Below are positions 39,432-48,174 of a stretch of DNA of 64,000 nt, piece after piece. The notes below the pieces were generated by a model that had not been told where the DNA came from, ran no database searches, and worked only from the letters and a program-made list of their open reading frames with translations. Source of the DNA: an uncultured candidate division WWE3 bacterium (lineage in GTDB: Bacteria > Patescibacteriota > WWE3 > UBA101185 > UBA10185); NCBI GenBank assembly GCA_903879985.1, contig CAIRNR010000007.1:649925-713924 (forward strand), given 5' to 3'. The position numbers and the translations under genes were made by a program. Every line of letters begins with the position of its first letter. Positions within the stretch are counted from its first letter, which is position 1.

Positions 39432-40418
39432 TTACTTTTGTTGTGCGTTATCCTTTTCAAAAAGGACAGCGACAGCTTTTCGGAACCTATCTTTTTTAAT
39501 TATGATAAAACGTATTAGTAAAGTCAATGGCAAGACTGAAAGCAAAAATGGGAAAAGAGGAAATACCCAAAAAATAATCTCTCTTTGAATTTTTATTTTG
39601 CTGTTCCCTGCTTCTAAATCAAGGTTAAGACGGTATTTTCCCGGAAACATTTTTTTAGTTATTAATGAAATTATTTCTGTCTTTTCAGTTTGAGGTAGAA
39701 CTATTTTTGAAGGAATTTGTTCGTTAAAAATTATTTTTCCCGTAATTAAGTTTGTGATGGTTACGTTTCCTGTCGGAATTATGTGAATATTTCCCGGATT
39801 TTGGAAGGTTACGTTCATTTCGTTTGGGCCGAAGCTCGTAAAATTACTTATTTGCACATTTGTTAGGTTTAATCTTTCGTTTATATCACCGGGGGCGGTT
39901 AAAAAAATCAAAACCCCTACCCTACTCGTTATGTAGGTTTTCTTTCCTTCGTCTGTTGGGTTTTCCGGAGTGACTGGTTGAAAAAAGATTGTACCGTAAT
40001 GGCCACCAGGCTCTGCATTTTCAGGCATATTAATTGTTACAGTAATCTTTTTTGATTCACCTGGGTTAATAATAAAGTCCGCAGGTTCCAGTTTAATCCA
40101 CGAAGACGCGTCGTACATGCTTCGGGCGTTTATAGGAATACTTTCGTCAGCGTAAAAGTTTTTAGCTGATGCCTTTATTGGTAAAGGAAATGGGTTAACG
40201 TTGTATACCAAAATCTCGGCGGTGTTAACTTTTTTTGGCACTAAATTCATTTCGATGATTGCGGGAGAAACTCCAAATGTGACTTGATCTTTTATGTCTT
40301 GGAGTTGCAAGGTTTGGGCGTTTGCTTTTGGCGTATGTGGCAATAGCAATAATACATATGTTGTTATGCCTAAAATTATTGCGACAACCATTGTTTTCTT
40401 ATTCAAAATATTTTTCAT
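39432..40418 (-). CDS. Second DUF916-like WxL-interacting protein
   Basis: GVSPA, P.NAEPGGHYG, N.GNIHIIP.G, C-terminal TM. Confidence 0.8.
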   Translation of the reverse strand: MKNILNKKTMVVAIILGITTYVLLLLPHTPKANAQTLQLQDIKDQVTFGVSPAIIEMNLVPKKVNTAEILVYNVNPFPLPIKASAKNFYADESIPINARSMYDASSWIKLEPADFIINPGESKKITVTINMPENAEPGGHYGTIFFQPVTPENPTDEGKKTYITSRVGVLIFLTAPGDINERLNLTNVQISNFTSFGPNEMNVTFQNPGNIHIIPTGNVTITNLITGKIIFNEQIPSKIVLPQTEKTEIISLITKKMFPGKYRLNLDLEAGNSKIKIQREIIFWVFPLFPFLLSVLPLTLLIRFIIIKKDRFRKAVAVLFEKDNAQQK

Positions 40419-40419
40419 C

Positions 40420-43400
40420 TTAATAAGAAGGCGTGACCGTATAAACAATTACAGTTGTGTATGCACCGGTCATTTGAATAGCGTCCGTTTTTACTTGGTA
40501 AGTGATTGTAAAGTTATCGGTTACGGGACTACCGGTTACACCTGTATCATGGTCGGCAACAATATCTCCAGGTGCTGTTGATGAGAAAGGTGCGTAACAT
40601 GCACCACTATTTCCTCCTGGGCATGTGGCACTATTAAACTTATTTGCTCCTTGAATACTTGTGTCCGAAGAATTATAACCGAATCCCCTATCCCCTGTTA
40701 GCCAACCGTCGGGAGCTGCATAAGTTCCTCCATTAAAATCTGGAATTGTATAAATTGGATTTGCTGAAGATGTAAGTGGAGTTGTTTCGTACGCTTTTAT
40801 TACATAGCCGTTGTAGGCGTTGGTGGTTGTAGTTAAGGTTGTGGTTTTAGTATCGTTGAAGCTGTTTGTAGTACCAAGGTTTGAAAAAGTTACAGTTGTT
40901 GGTGACACTGTAAAAGTTAAGGATGGCGCTACAAGTTGGCCATTAGAAGATACTATTGCCGAATTTCCTGCGTTATCTACGGCACGCACGTTAAAGAAAT
41001 ACATCTGTGCGGTTCTAAGTGTAAGACTGGTTGCCGTAACCGACGTGTTTGTTGAGTTTGATGTCCAAGTTAATATATCTGTGCCGCCTGCGGATGATCC
41101 AATGGAGTAATCATAGCGTGATAGTCCAGAAACTGTAGCAACAAAGCCGTCCCAGTTGGCTGATAAACTAGATAGTGAACCATCGTTAAATGCTGCGTCT
41201 ATACCTGCGGCGGTGCCATCATAAACTGTGCCTCCGGTTGGAGCTGTGGAGTCTATTCCAAAGTCGCTGGCACTTTCGGCGTTACCCCCGTAGGCTACCC
41301 ACGAAGAATAAAGTCCTCCAGAATCCTTGGTGCGCGCTTGCCAGTGGTACTCCGTAGCGTCTGTAAGTCCACTTAGCGTTTGGTCTAGGCTTACGCCCGA
41401 ACCTGCAGATGCCGTACCAACAGCATTACAGCTTGTTTCAACATTTGTAAATGGCGTGCCCAAAGGTTGTGCTTCTATACATAGGTAAAGTGTGTCGGGA
41501 TTGTCTGGATCAGAACCTGATGCAGTAAATTTCATAGACGTCGTGTTGTTCCAGCTGCCTGTGGAAATTACCGAGTTAGTTGTGGTTTCCTGAATAAGTG
41601 TTGTTGGCGCGTTTGGTGCTTGGTTTGCTTTTACGAGCGTGGTGGTGCCGGCTAATTCAACGGATGCCGCAGGTTGTGCGTGTCCGTAGTCCAACAGTAT
41701 ATCGGTTGTTGAGTTCATATCGCTTAATTTTATAGTCTCATTGTTTGCAGTATTATTTGTGATATCTAAAACTGTATATACACATGTAGGAGATGAGTTT
41801 ACGGGCATATTTCCCGTTAATGTTGTTTTCTCCGTACCTAAGTATCCAGGATCTCCAAATGTTCCTGGTGTTGAATTAAACAATGTTTCATTTCCGTTGT
41901 AGTTACATGGCGAATCTTGATCATAATAAATATTTACATTAGCCAGCCCTGAACCGGCAACCACAGTTCCTGTGTCAGTTAACTTAATTCTAGTAACGTA
42001 TGCAGATCCTTGATCTAGCGTATATATAAAAGGAGCTCCTATATATGTATTGGTTGAAGGTACGTTTATAGTCGCGACCTGTGATCCTGAAGTTGTGACA
42101 TTGAGTTGTGCGTTATAACGTAAGTAGCGCATGGACATCAAAGCAAAATCAATATCACTAACATTAGGTGCTGATGTAAGTGTACTTATGGATGTTCTTA
42201 CACGCATGTTGCTTATTCCATCAATGGTATCAACATATACTGCAGGTGTTGTTTGAGGTCTGGCGAGTATCCAAGTATCAAACCATGCATACGCGGCTGT
42301 TGCATTTGTATCTGTACCTGGTGTGTTCGCCCATCCTGATGTTCCTTGTACGCCAGAGAAGTCTCTAAGTTGTACATCTTGTGTCATGGCAGTGTTGTTA
42401 GAATGATATTTAATTGCATAGTGCATCGCTGTAATAGACCCGTTCGATGCTACGTTCATTGGAAATGATAAGTTAGAAGATACCGCGTATTCTCCATTTA
42501 CAGTATCGTCATCATTATCAAGCGCATAAAAAGTTGCAGGATATTCTACAACAGCAGTCCTTTGCCATGTTGATGTAGTGGGGTTTACTGTTTTACCCTC
42601 CTTTGTATCTCTGGTGTTACTGCAGTCCGTAGTGGTTCCAGTTCCCCATGAAATTTCGCATTGCGCAGTATTTGTATTTGTCGAACCAGCTATCATATAA
42701 ATACGGTCAAAAACTAGGTTATATTTAGTTCCCGGTCCATTCGTTAAAAATCTTACCGTTACATCTCCTTGTGGGCTAATATAGTCACTAATGTTAAAAC
42801 CACCTATCGTTGTGCCGTTGAATGCGTATGCATACTCAACGTCAGCTGTAGTACCAGTAAAATTAGTACTTAACTGTGTCCAACTTGACGTGGTGTAGTT
42901 TCTTAAATAAACTCCGTATGTTAATGCTACATTAGAAACGTTCATCTCCGGAATAACTACAAAAGTATTCATACCCGGATACGTCTTTACATTGTTAAAG
43001 GTGAACTGCACATCTACCGGCTGTGAACTTGCCGGCATTGGAATTGTTAATCTGTTGTTATCGGAGCCATTTACTCCTGTGGACACGCCTCCAACTAAAT
43101 CAGAGATATAACCTGTCGGTGTACTTCCTGCTGCTATGGTCATGTCTCCAACCTCATAAATTGGATCTACACCAACCTCCACTTGTACGTTATCTAATCT
43201 ATGTTGTGTCGTGGAAGCTACTGTTGAATAAACTCTTAAAAGTAATGATCCTCCTATAACAAAATTAATTAATGGCGTTCGAACAACTGTTCCTGGTACC
43301 GATGTACGTGTTGAAAAATAGCCATCATATACTTCGTAAAGTCTTGCAGTAACCGTTGTATTAACATAATCAACTTTGCGTGGTTGCAATGTTCTCCATC

Positions 43401-45459
43401 CTCCTCCGGTACAGTCAGAATCTGCAGGGGCGTCTACACCTGTGGGGTCTTGCCAGTCGCATATTTGATGCGTGTAAGCGTCTCCAGTTGTAATATCTGA
43501 ATCGGTAATACTAATTAGCAACTTATTAATACCCTGTGGTATATCATAGGTATTTTGATACTGTGTATCTATCCCGTCTACATAAATTAATTTATTTAGT
43601 CCTCCAGGATTTGATCTTGCTGATATCCAATAGTTAGTATCTGCACCAAGTAGCGCTTTCCAGGATCCCGTATTAGTGTTGTCCGTTGCTACCTCAGATC
43701 CGGTGCGTAATATTCCGTTGGTAGGTTGAAAGCCCCTTCTTACGGTGACTTTATTAGGTTCTTCCACCCAACGAATACTCATCATGGCAAAAGCCCAGCT
43801 TCGATTGTTTGTCGCGGTAACGTTTGTACTGGCAGATGTTCTTAAACGCATGTTCATCAGGTTATTACCCGTATCTATAGAATCTTCCGGTGATGTTGTG
43901 ATTTCAGCGTTTACCCAGCTGTCTGTCCAGCCATATACTGTCGCTGAGGCGTTTGTATCTGTTGCAGGAGTACTTACCCAGCCCGATGTTCCTGATAATC
44001 CATAATAGTCACGAATTTGAGGATCAACTGTTTCTGTTGAGATATTAGATCTGTATTTTGCCGCATAAAGTATACCTGTAACGGATATCATGTGGCCAAG
44101 CCCTGTTGTTCTAATGGGAAATGAAATATTTTGAGATGCTGCGTATTCTCCATTATTTGCATCGTCATCATTATCAAGTGAGTAATATGAGCTGGGGTAT
44201 TCTAGTGTGGAACCTGCTTGCCATGTTGACACTGAAGGTGCTACTGTTTTACCCTCTTTTACAGTTGTTGTATTATAGCAATCTGTTGCAGTTCCAGTTC
44301 CCCATGAAATTTCGCATTTCGACGTGTCGGCGTTTACAGATCCCATCATCATATAAATGCGGTCAAATGAAATAGTATACTTTGAGGCGGGCGCATTTGT
44401 TAGAAATCGTATTGATACATTTCCGCTGGCACTTATATAGTCTGAAAGACTAAACCCTGGTATAGCGGTGTCATTAAATGCGTACACATACTCAACATCA
44501 GCAGCAGTTACCGTAAAGTTTGTTCCTCCCAATTGTGTCCACGTAGAGTTTGAATAATTTCTTATATATACGCTGTATGTAAGTGCAACATTTGACACCT
44601 TAATTTCCGGAGAAACTAATATCGTGTTCATTCCCGGGTATGTCTCTACGCCATTAAATGTAAATTGAATGTCTGCTGCATTTCCTGCTGAGGGCATAGG
44701 AATTGTTAATGAGTTATTATCTGATGCGTTTAAGTTGGTCGAAACAGCGCCAACCAAGTCAGAAATATAACCAGTTGGTGTACTACCTGCAGCGATATTA
44801 TAACCCCCTACTTCGTAATTTGGGTCAATGGCAACTTCCAACTGTACCCAGTCAAGTTTATGTAAGGTTGTTGATGCCACAGTGGAATAAACTCTAATCA
44901 TTACTCTGTTGTTTTGTGAAGCGTCTATAAAGTTAGTTAGTGGTGTGCTGACTACTGTTCCCGGTACGGAGGTACGTGTTGAGAAATAACCATCATATAT
45001 TTCGTAAGTTCTGGTTACATCTGCAGTACTTGTATAGTCAACTCTACGTGGTTGTAATGTTCTCCATCCTCCTGTGGTGCAATCGGTGTCGGCTACTGCG
45101 TCCACTCCAGTTGAATCAGACCAGTCGCATATCTGATGTGTAAATGCGTCTGCAGTGGTGGTGTTACTATCATCGATGGTCAATAGAAGTTTGTTAGCTC
45201 CCATTAACGCAACGCCATCAATATAAATAATTTTATTTAATCCTCCAGGATTTGACCTTGCTGTTATCCAATAATTTGAATCGTTTCCTAATGTACCTTT
45301 CCAGTCGCCTGTATTATCGGAACCTGTGGCAATAGGTGTACCCATTCTAAGTGCCCCACCAGTTGGGGGGAATACTGAAGCCGCATAAGTCTTTCCAAAA
45401 GAAAAAGTAATCCAGACCAAACACATGATAATAAAAGATAATATTTTAAATTTACTCAT
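40420..45459 (-). CDS. Large surface protein: tandem ~540-aa repeat, FN3-like domains, WxL-like C-terminus
   Basis: Signal peptide; duplicated ARSNPGGLNK...MS(I/M)R blocks; Y.W.AR..D and Y.F.VRA.D.AGN; TTNAYNGY, FGY, GAYTT. Confidence 0.85.
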   Translation of the reverse strand: MSKFKILSFIIMCLVWITFSFGKTYAASVFPPTGGALRMGTPIATGSDNTGDWKGTLGNDSNYWITARSNPGGLNKIIYIDGVALMGANKLLLTIDDSNTTTADAFTHQICDWSDSTGVDAVADTDCTTGGWRTLQPRRVDYTSTADVTRTYEIYDGYFSTRTSVPGTVVSTPLTNFIDASQNNRVMIRVYSTVASTTLHKLDWVQLEVAIDPNYEVGGYNIAAGSTPTGYISDLVGAVSTNLNASDNNSLTIPMPSAGNAADIQFTFNGVETYPGMNTILVSPEIKVSNVALTYSVYIRNYSNSTWTQLGGTNFTVTAADVEYVYAFNDTAIPGFSLSDYISASGNVSIRFLTNAPASKYTISFDRIYMMMGSVNADTSKCEISWGTGTATDCYNTTTVKEGKTVAPSVSTWQAGSTLEYPSSYYSLDNDDDANNGEYAASQNISFPIRTTGLGHMISVTGILYAAKYRSNISTETVDPQIRDYYGLSGTSGWVSTPATDTNASATVYGWTDSWVNAEITTSPEDSIDTGNNLMNMRLRTSASTNVTATNNRSWAFAMMSIRWVEEPNKVTVRRGFQPTNGILRTGSEVATDNTNTGSWKALLGADTNYWISARSNPGGLNKLIYVDGIDTQYQNTYDIPQGINKLLISITDSDITTGDAYTHQICDWQDPTGVDAPADSDCTGGGWRTLQPRKVDYVNTTVTARLYEVYDGYFSTRTSVPGTVVRTPLINFVIGGSLLLRVYSTVASTTQHRLDNVQVEVGVDPIYEVGDMTIAAGSTPTGYISDLVGGVSTGVNGSDNNRLTIPMPASSQPVDVQFTFNNVKTYPGMNTFVVIPEMNVSNVALTYGVYLRNYTTSSWTQLSTNFTGTTADVEYAYAFNGTTIGGFNISDYISPQGDVTVRFLTNGPGTKYNLVFDRIYMIAGSTNTNTAQCEISWGTGTTTDCSNTRDTKEGKTVNPTTSTWQRTAVVEYPATFYALDNDDDTVNGEYAVSSNLSFPMNVASNGSITAMHYAIKYHSNNTAMTQDVQLRDFSGVQGTSGWANTPGTDTNATAAYAWFDTWILARPQTTPAVYVDTIDGISNMRVRTSISTLTSAPNVSDIDFALMSMRYLRYNAQLNVTTSGSQVATINVPSTNTYIGAPFIYTLDQGSAYVTRIKLTDTGTVVAGSGLANVNIYYDQDSPCNYNGNETLFNSTPGTFGDPGYLGTEKTTLTGNMPVNSSPTCVYTVLDITNNTANNETIKLSDMNSTTDILLDYGHAQPAASVELAGTTTLVKANQAPNAPTTLIQETTTNSVISTGSWNNTTSMKFTASGSDPDNPDTLYLCIEAQPLGTPFTNVETSCNAVGTASAGSGVSLDQTLSGLTDATEYHWQARTKDSGGLYSSWVAYGGNAESASDFGIDSTAPTGGTVYDGTAAGIDAAFNDGSLSSLSANWDGFVATVSGLSRYDYSIGSSAGGTDILTWTSNSTNTSVTATSLTLRTAQMYFFNVRAVDNAGNSAIVSSNGQLVAPSLTFTVSPTTVTFSNLGTTNSFNDTKTTTLTTTTNAYNGYVIKAYETTPLTSSANPIYTIPDFNGGTYAAPDGWLTGDRGFGYNSSDTSIQGANKFNSATCPGGNSGACYAPFSSTAPGDIVADHDTGVTGSPVTDNFTITYQVKTDAIQMTGAYTTVIVYTVTPSY

Positions 45460-46102
45460 TTGTAATACTCAATTTTCCGTCAATAAATTGAACGTCGTAT
45501 ATTACGTTTTTCATTTCGATTTTTGTTGGTACATCGCTGTTCTCCATTGATTGTGAGAATGTTGTGTTATTTACAAGATCTACTCCGATAAGTGACTTAT
45601 TGTCATTTGAAGGGAAAATTAGTGTGTCGCTGTTTAATGCTTCAATTGGCGAGTTATCTGGTAAGTCTAAAACAGTTTGCATTGCCCACGTAAGTTCCGA
45701 ATTCTTTTCCCAAAGCTGGGCTTTATCTAAACCTTTTTTTATTATGCACGGGTCGTTGTTGGCTACAACAAAAACGCATTGTGTAATATCAAAGTTAGGA
45801 TCTTGGCTGTTATTTGAAATCACAGTGCTATCAATAACTCTTGTTGGTGCATCAATTGTTAGGTTGTCTAAGGCTGAGCGATCTATTATTTCGGGGGCGG
45901 CTGTTGCTGTAGTTTCTGATGTTTGTTGTACGTCTGTTGCTGAAAGCACGTCGCCAGCTGTGGGATTAGCTGAAGAAGTAGACTCACTTGTTTCCTGCGT
46001 GGCGTTTTCTTCTTGGGCGTAAACAATACCAATACCTGCAACAACAAACACAACACTCACAAGTATTAAAAAAGCAGGTATATAAATTTTAATTCTACTC
46101 AT
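45452..46102 (-). CDS. Secreted hypothetical protein
   Basis: Signal peptide; ATGA coupling with upstream gene. Confidence 0.75.
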   Translation of the reverse strand: MSRIKIYIPAFLILVSVVFVVAGIGIVYAQEENATQETSESTSSANPTAGDVLSATDVQQTSETTATAAPEIIDRSALDNLTIDAPTRVIDSTVISNNSQDPNFDITQCVFVVANNDPCIIKKGLDKAQLWEKNSELTWAMQTVLDLPDNSPIEALNSDTLIFPSNDNKSLIGVDLVNNTTFSQSMENSDVPTKIEMKNVIYDVQFIDGKLSITNE

Positions 46103-47169
46103 TGTTTTCTTAGTATTAGTTTCTCCCACACATTTAAAATCATTGTATCTATTTGAACAAGTTTATCTATTAGTCTATCTATAATATCTTTCTTTGGCTG
46201 GGGTGTCTCAGCATTAAACATAAAATCTTTGGTGAACTGTTTAGTTGTTTCTGCGCCCAATATATTATTTGAATCATGGGTTACGTCGTAAAATTCCATG
46301 CGAGTTGTTGAATTTGGTGAGGCTAGTTGGCTTTCGGTTTCTCCCCTCTTTTGCATAACACCCATAACTGCAGCATTGCTTGACTCACTTACTGGTGTTT
46401 CAGAAATAAAGTATGCAATTGTGGCAAAATCTTTAAGAACATTTGTGCCCTTACCATCGTTGGCTAGTACTGCTGAGGTTGGCATGTATTTAACTTTTGT
46501 TATTCCAGGGGCTTTGGCTTTAAAATAAATTGTGGCAAAATCACCTGCAGCATCAACATATCCCGGATTTGGTACGCCGCCTATTAGTTGGATATACCCT
46601 GCCTCATTGTCTACGTCGTTTTGAATAAAAATTGTGGCAAAAGAATTGTCTGTTACAACTTTTACAACTTCCAATGTTTTAGGGTCAAAGCTTATATCGG
46701 TTTTAACAACATTAACAGGAACTTTAATTTGAGTAATTTTTACATCCAGAGGAAATATTGCGCCCAAAGATATATCTTGTTTTGCGGGTAGTACAAAGAA
46801 AGCTGTCTTTTCTGCGGGTACCTGTGCGTTTTTAAATATTGTAACTATCTTGATTTCCAAAAAAACAAACCCGATAGAAAAGGCTGACATCACTAGGATA
46901 AGTAAAGCATTCCCGAATGCTGAGCGCAGTGTCGCCGGATTGCTAATTACTTCTTTTTCGCGAACGCGTCCGCAAACAAAACATTTGTTCCCTATTTTTG
47001 TTGTGCGGCACATCAAACACATTTCTTGTTCTGGGAAAATCAGCATCCAAATTGGATAAGCAAATGCAATGATTGGACCAAATACTGCCATTGCATGGAT
47101 AATCACCCACGATACAAGTGCTAATATCAAAAGTCGTATTAATTTAAAAGCGTCATCAATAAATTTCAT
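46099..47169 (-). CDS. Membrane protein with cohesin-like domain
   Basis: TM segments, CxxC..CxxC, then I.FDP..L.V, A.IYFKAK.PG, VLANDG.GT. Confidence 0.75.
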   Translation of the reverse strand: MKFIDDAFKLIRLLILALVSWVIIHAMAVFGPIIAFAYPIWMLIFPEQEMCLMCRTTKIGNKCFVCGRVREKEVISNPATLRSAFGNALLILVMSAFSIGFVFLEIKIVTIFKNAQVPAEKTAFFVLPAKQDISLGAIFPLDVKITQIKVPVNVVKTDISFDPKTLEVVKVVTDNSFATIFIQNDVDNEAGYIQLIGGVPNPGYVDAAGDFATIYFKAKAPGITKVKYMPTSAVLANDGKGTNVLKDFATIAYFISETPVSESSNAAVMGVMQKRGETESQLASPNSTTRMEFYDVTHDSNNILGAETTKQFTKDFMFNAETPQPKKDIIDRLIDKLVQIDTMILNVWEKLILRKQ

Positions 47170-48146
47170 CTATTTATATAGTATAGGGTAATCGAAAGGT
47201 CAATCAAGTTACATACGCCATCATTGTTGATATCGCAGTCTTTTGTTTCTCCGGCTCTCCACCCTGTTACCCAAGTTTTTACGACTTCGTATACTTCTGT
47301 GATTTCAATTTTATGGTCACCGTTTCTGTCGAGGTGTGGAAATAATTTTACAAGTGGATTGATATATGGCGTTGGTGTTGGTGCTTCCTGTGCAATTTGC
47401 TCGGCGGTTAGTGCTTCAGCTGTTGTCGGCGTAGGCGTTGGATTATCGGGGACTGTTTCTTCCTCGTCGTGATGAGGCGTTGGAGTCGGCGTAGGAGATG
47501 GTAATGGATTATTTATTTTTAAATACACTGCCCTACTCGTTTCGCTGTTGTATGTTTGGTATTCAGTTATCGCATTTATTGTATTAGTAGCCAAATAACC
47601 GGGAATAGATTTTGTGTCTATAGCTAAACTCCATGTTCCGTCGCTTCCCGAAGGTATTGCCCCAAAAATTGTGCCGTTGATAAAAACTGTAACGTTAGCA
47701 TTAGGTACGGTGGCACCACTGACGCTTGCGCTGTCACCATAAGTAGTTTCTGCTAAATCAATTCTTATGGTTGGTGGTAATACAATGTTGTTGATTGTTT
47801 CATCCAAACCAGGTTGTGTGGCTATGCTGTAATTAATTGTGGGAGTTGTTAAAAAGTTTGGGTCTGTTTCATACATACTTATATATTGAATGTCGCTGTC
47901 AAAGCCCGAAAATGATTTTGAAAAATTTCCATCAGCATCCGTAGTTGTAGTCCCGATAGTGCTTCCATTTTGCACAAAAGTAACAACGGAAAGTGGTGCG
48001 CCTTTTCCGTTAAATATGATATTTGAAGAACCAACTCTTACTGTTAAATTTATTTGTGTTTCGGCTCTTGCTCTTCCCAGTGTGAAAGCTAATAGCAGCA
48101 CTACAATTGCAACCACTGGTATAACATAAAAGCTTCTGTGGGCCAT
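47166..48146 (-). CDS. Secreted Ig-like protein with PT linker and dockerin-like C-terminus
   Basis: DRNGDHKI...E and DINNDG.CNLIDLS repeats; start re-called at ATG 48146. Confidence 0.78.
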   Translation of the reverse strand: MAHRSFYVIPVVAIVVLLLAFTLGRARAETQINLTVRVGSSNIIFNGKGAPLSVVTFVQNGSTIGTTTTDADGNFSKSFSGFDSDIQYISMYETDPNFLTTPTINYSIATQPGLDETINNIVLPPTIRIDLAETTYGDSASVSGATVPNANVTVFINGTIFGAIPSGSDGTWSLAIDTKSIPGYLATNTINAITEYQTYNSETSRAVYLKINNPLPSPTPTPTPHHDEEETVPDNPTPTPTTAEALTAEQIAQEAPTPTPYINPLVKLFPHLDRNGDHKIEITEVYEVVKTWVTGWRAGETKDCDINNDGVCNLIDLSITLYYINR

Positions 48147-48174
48147 TGCACTAATCTTATAATTTTTAGTTGGA

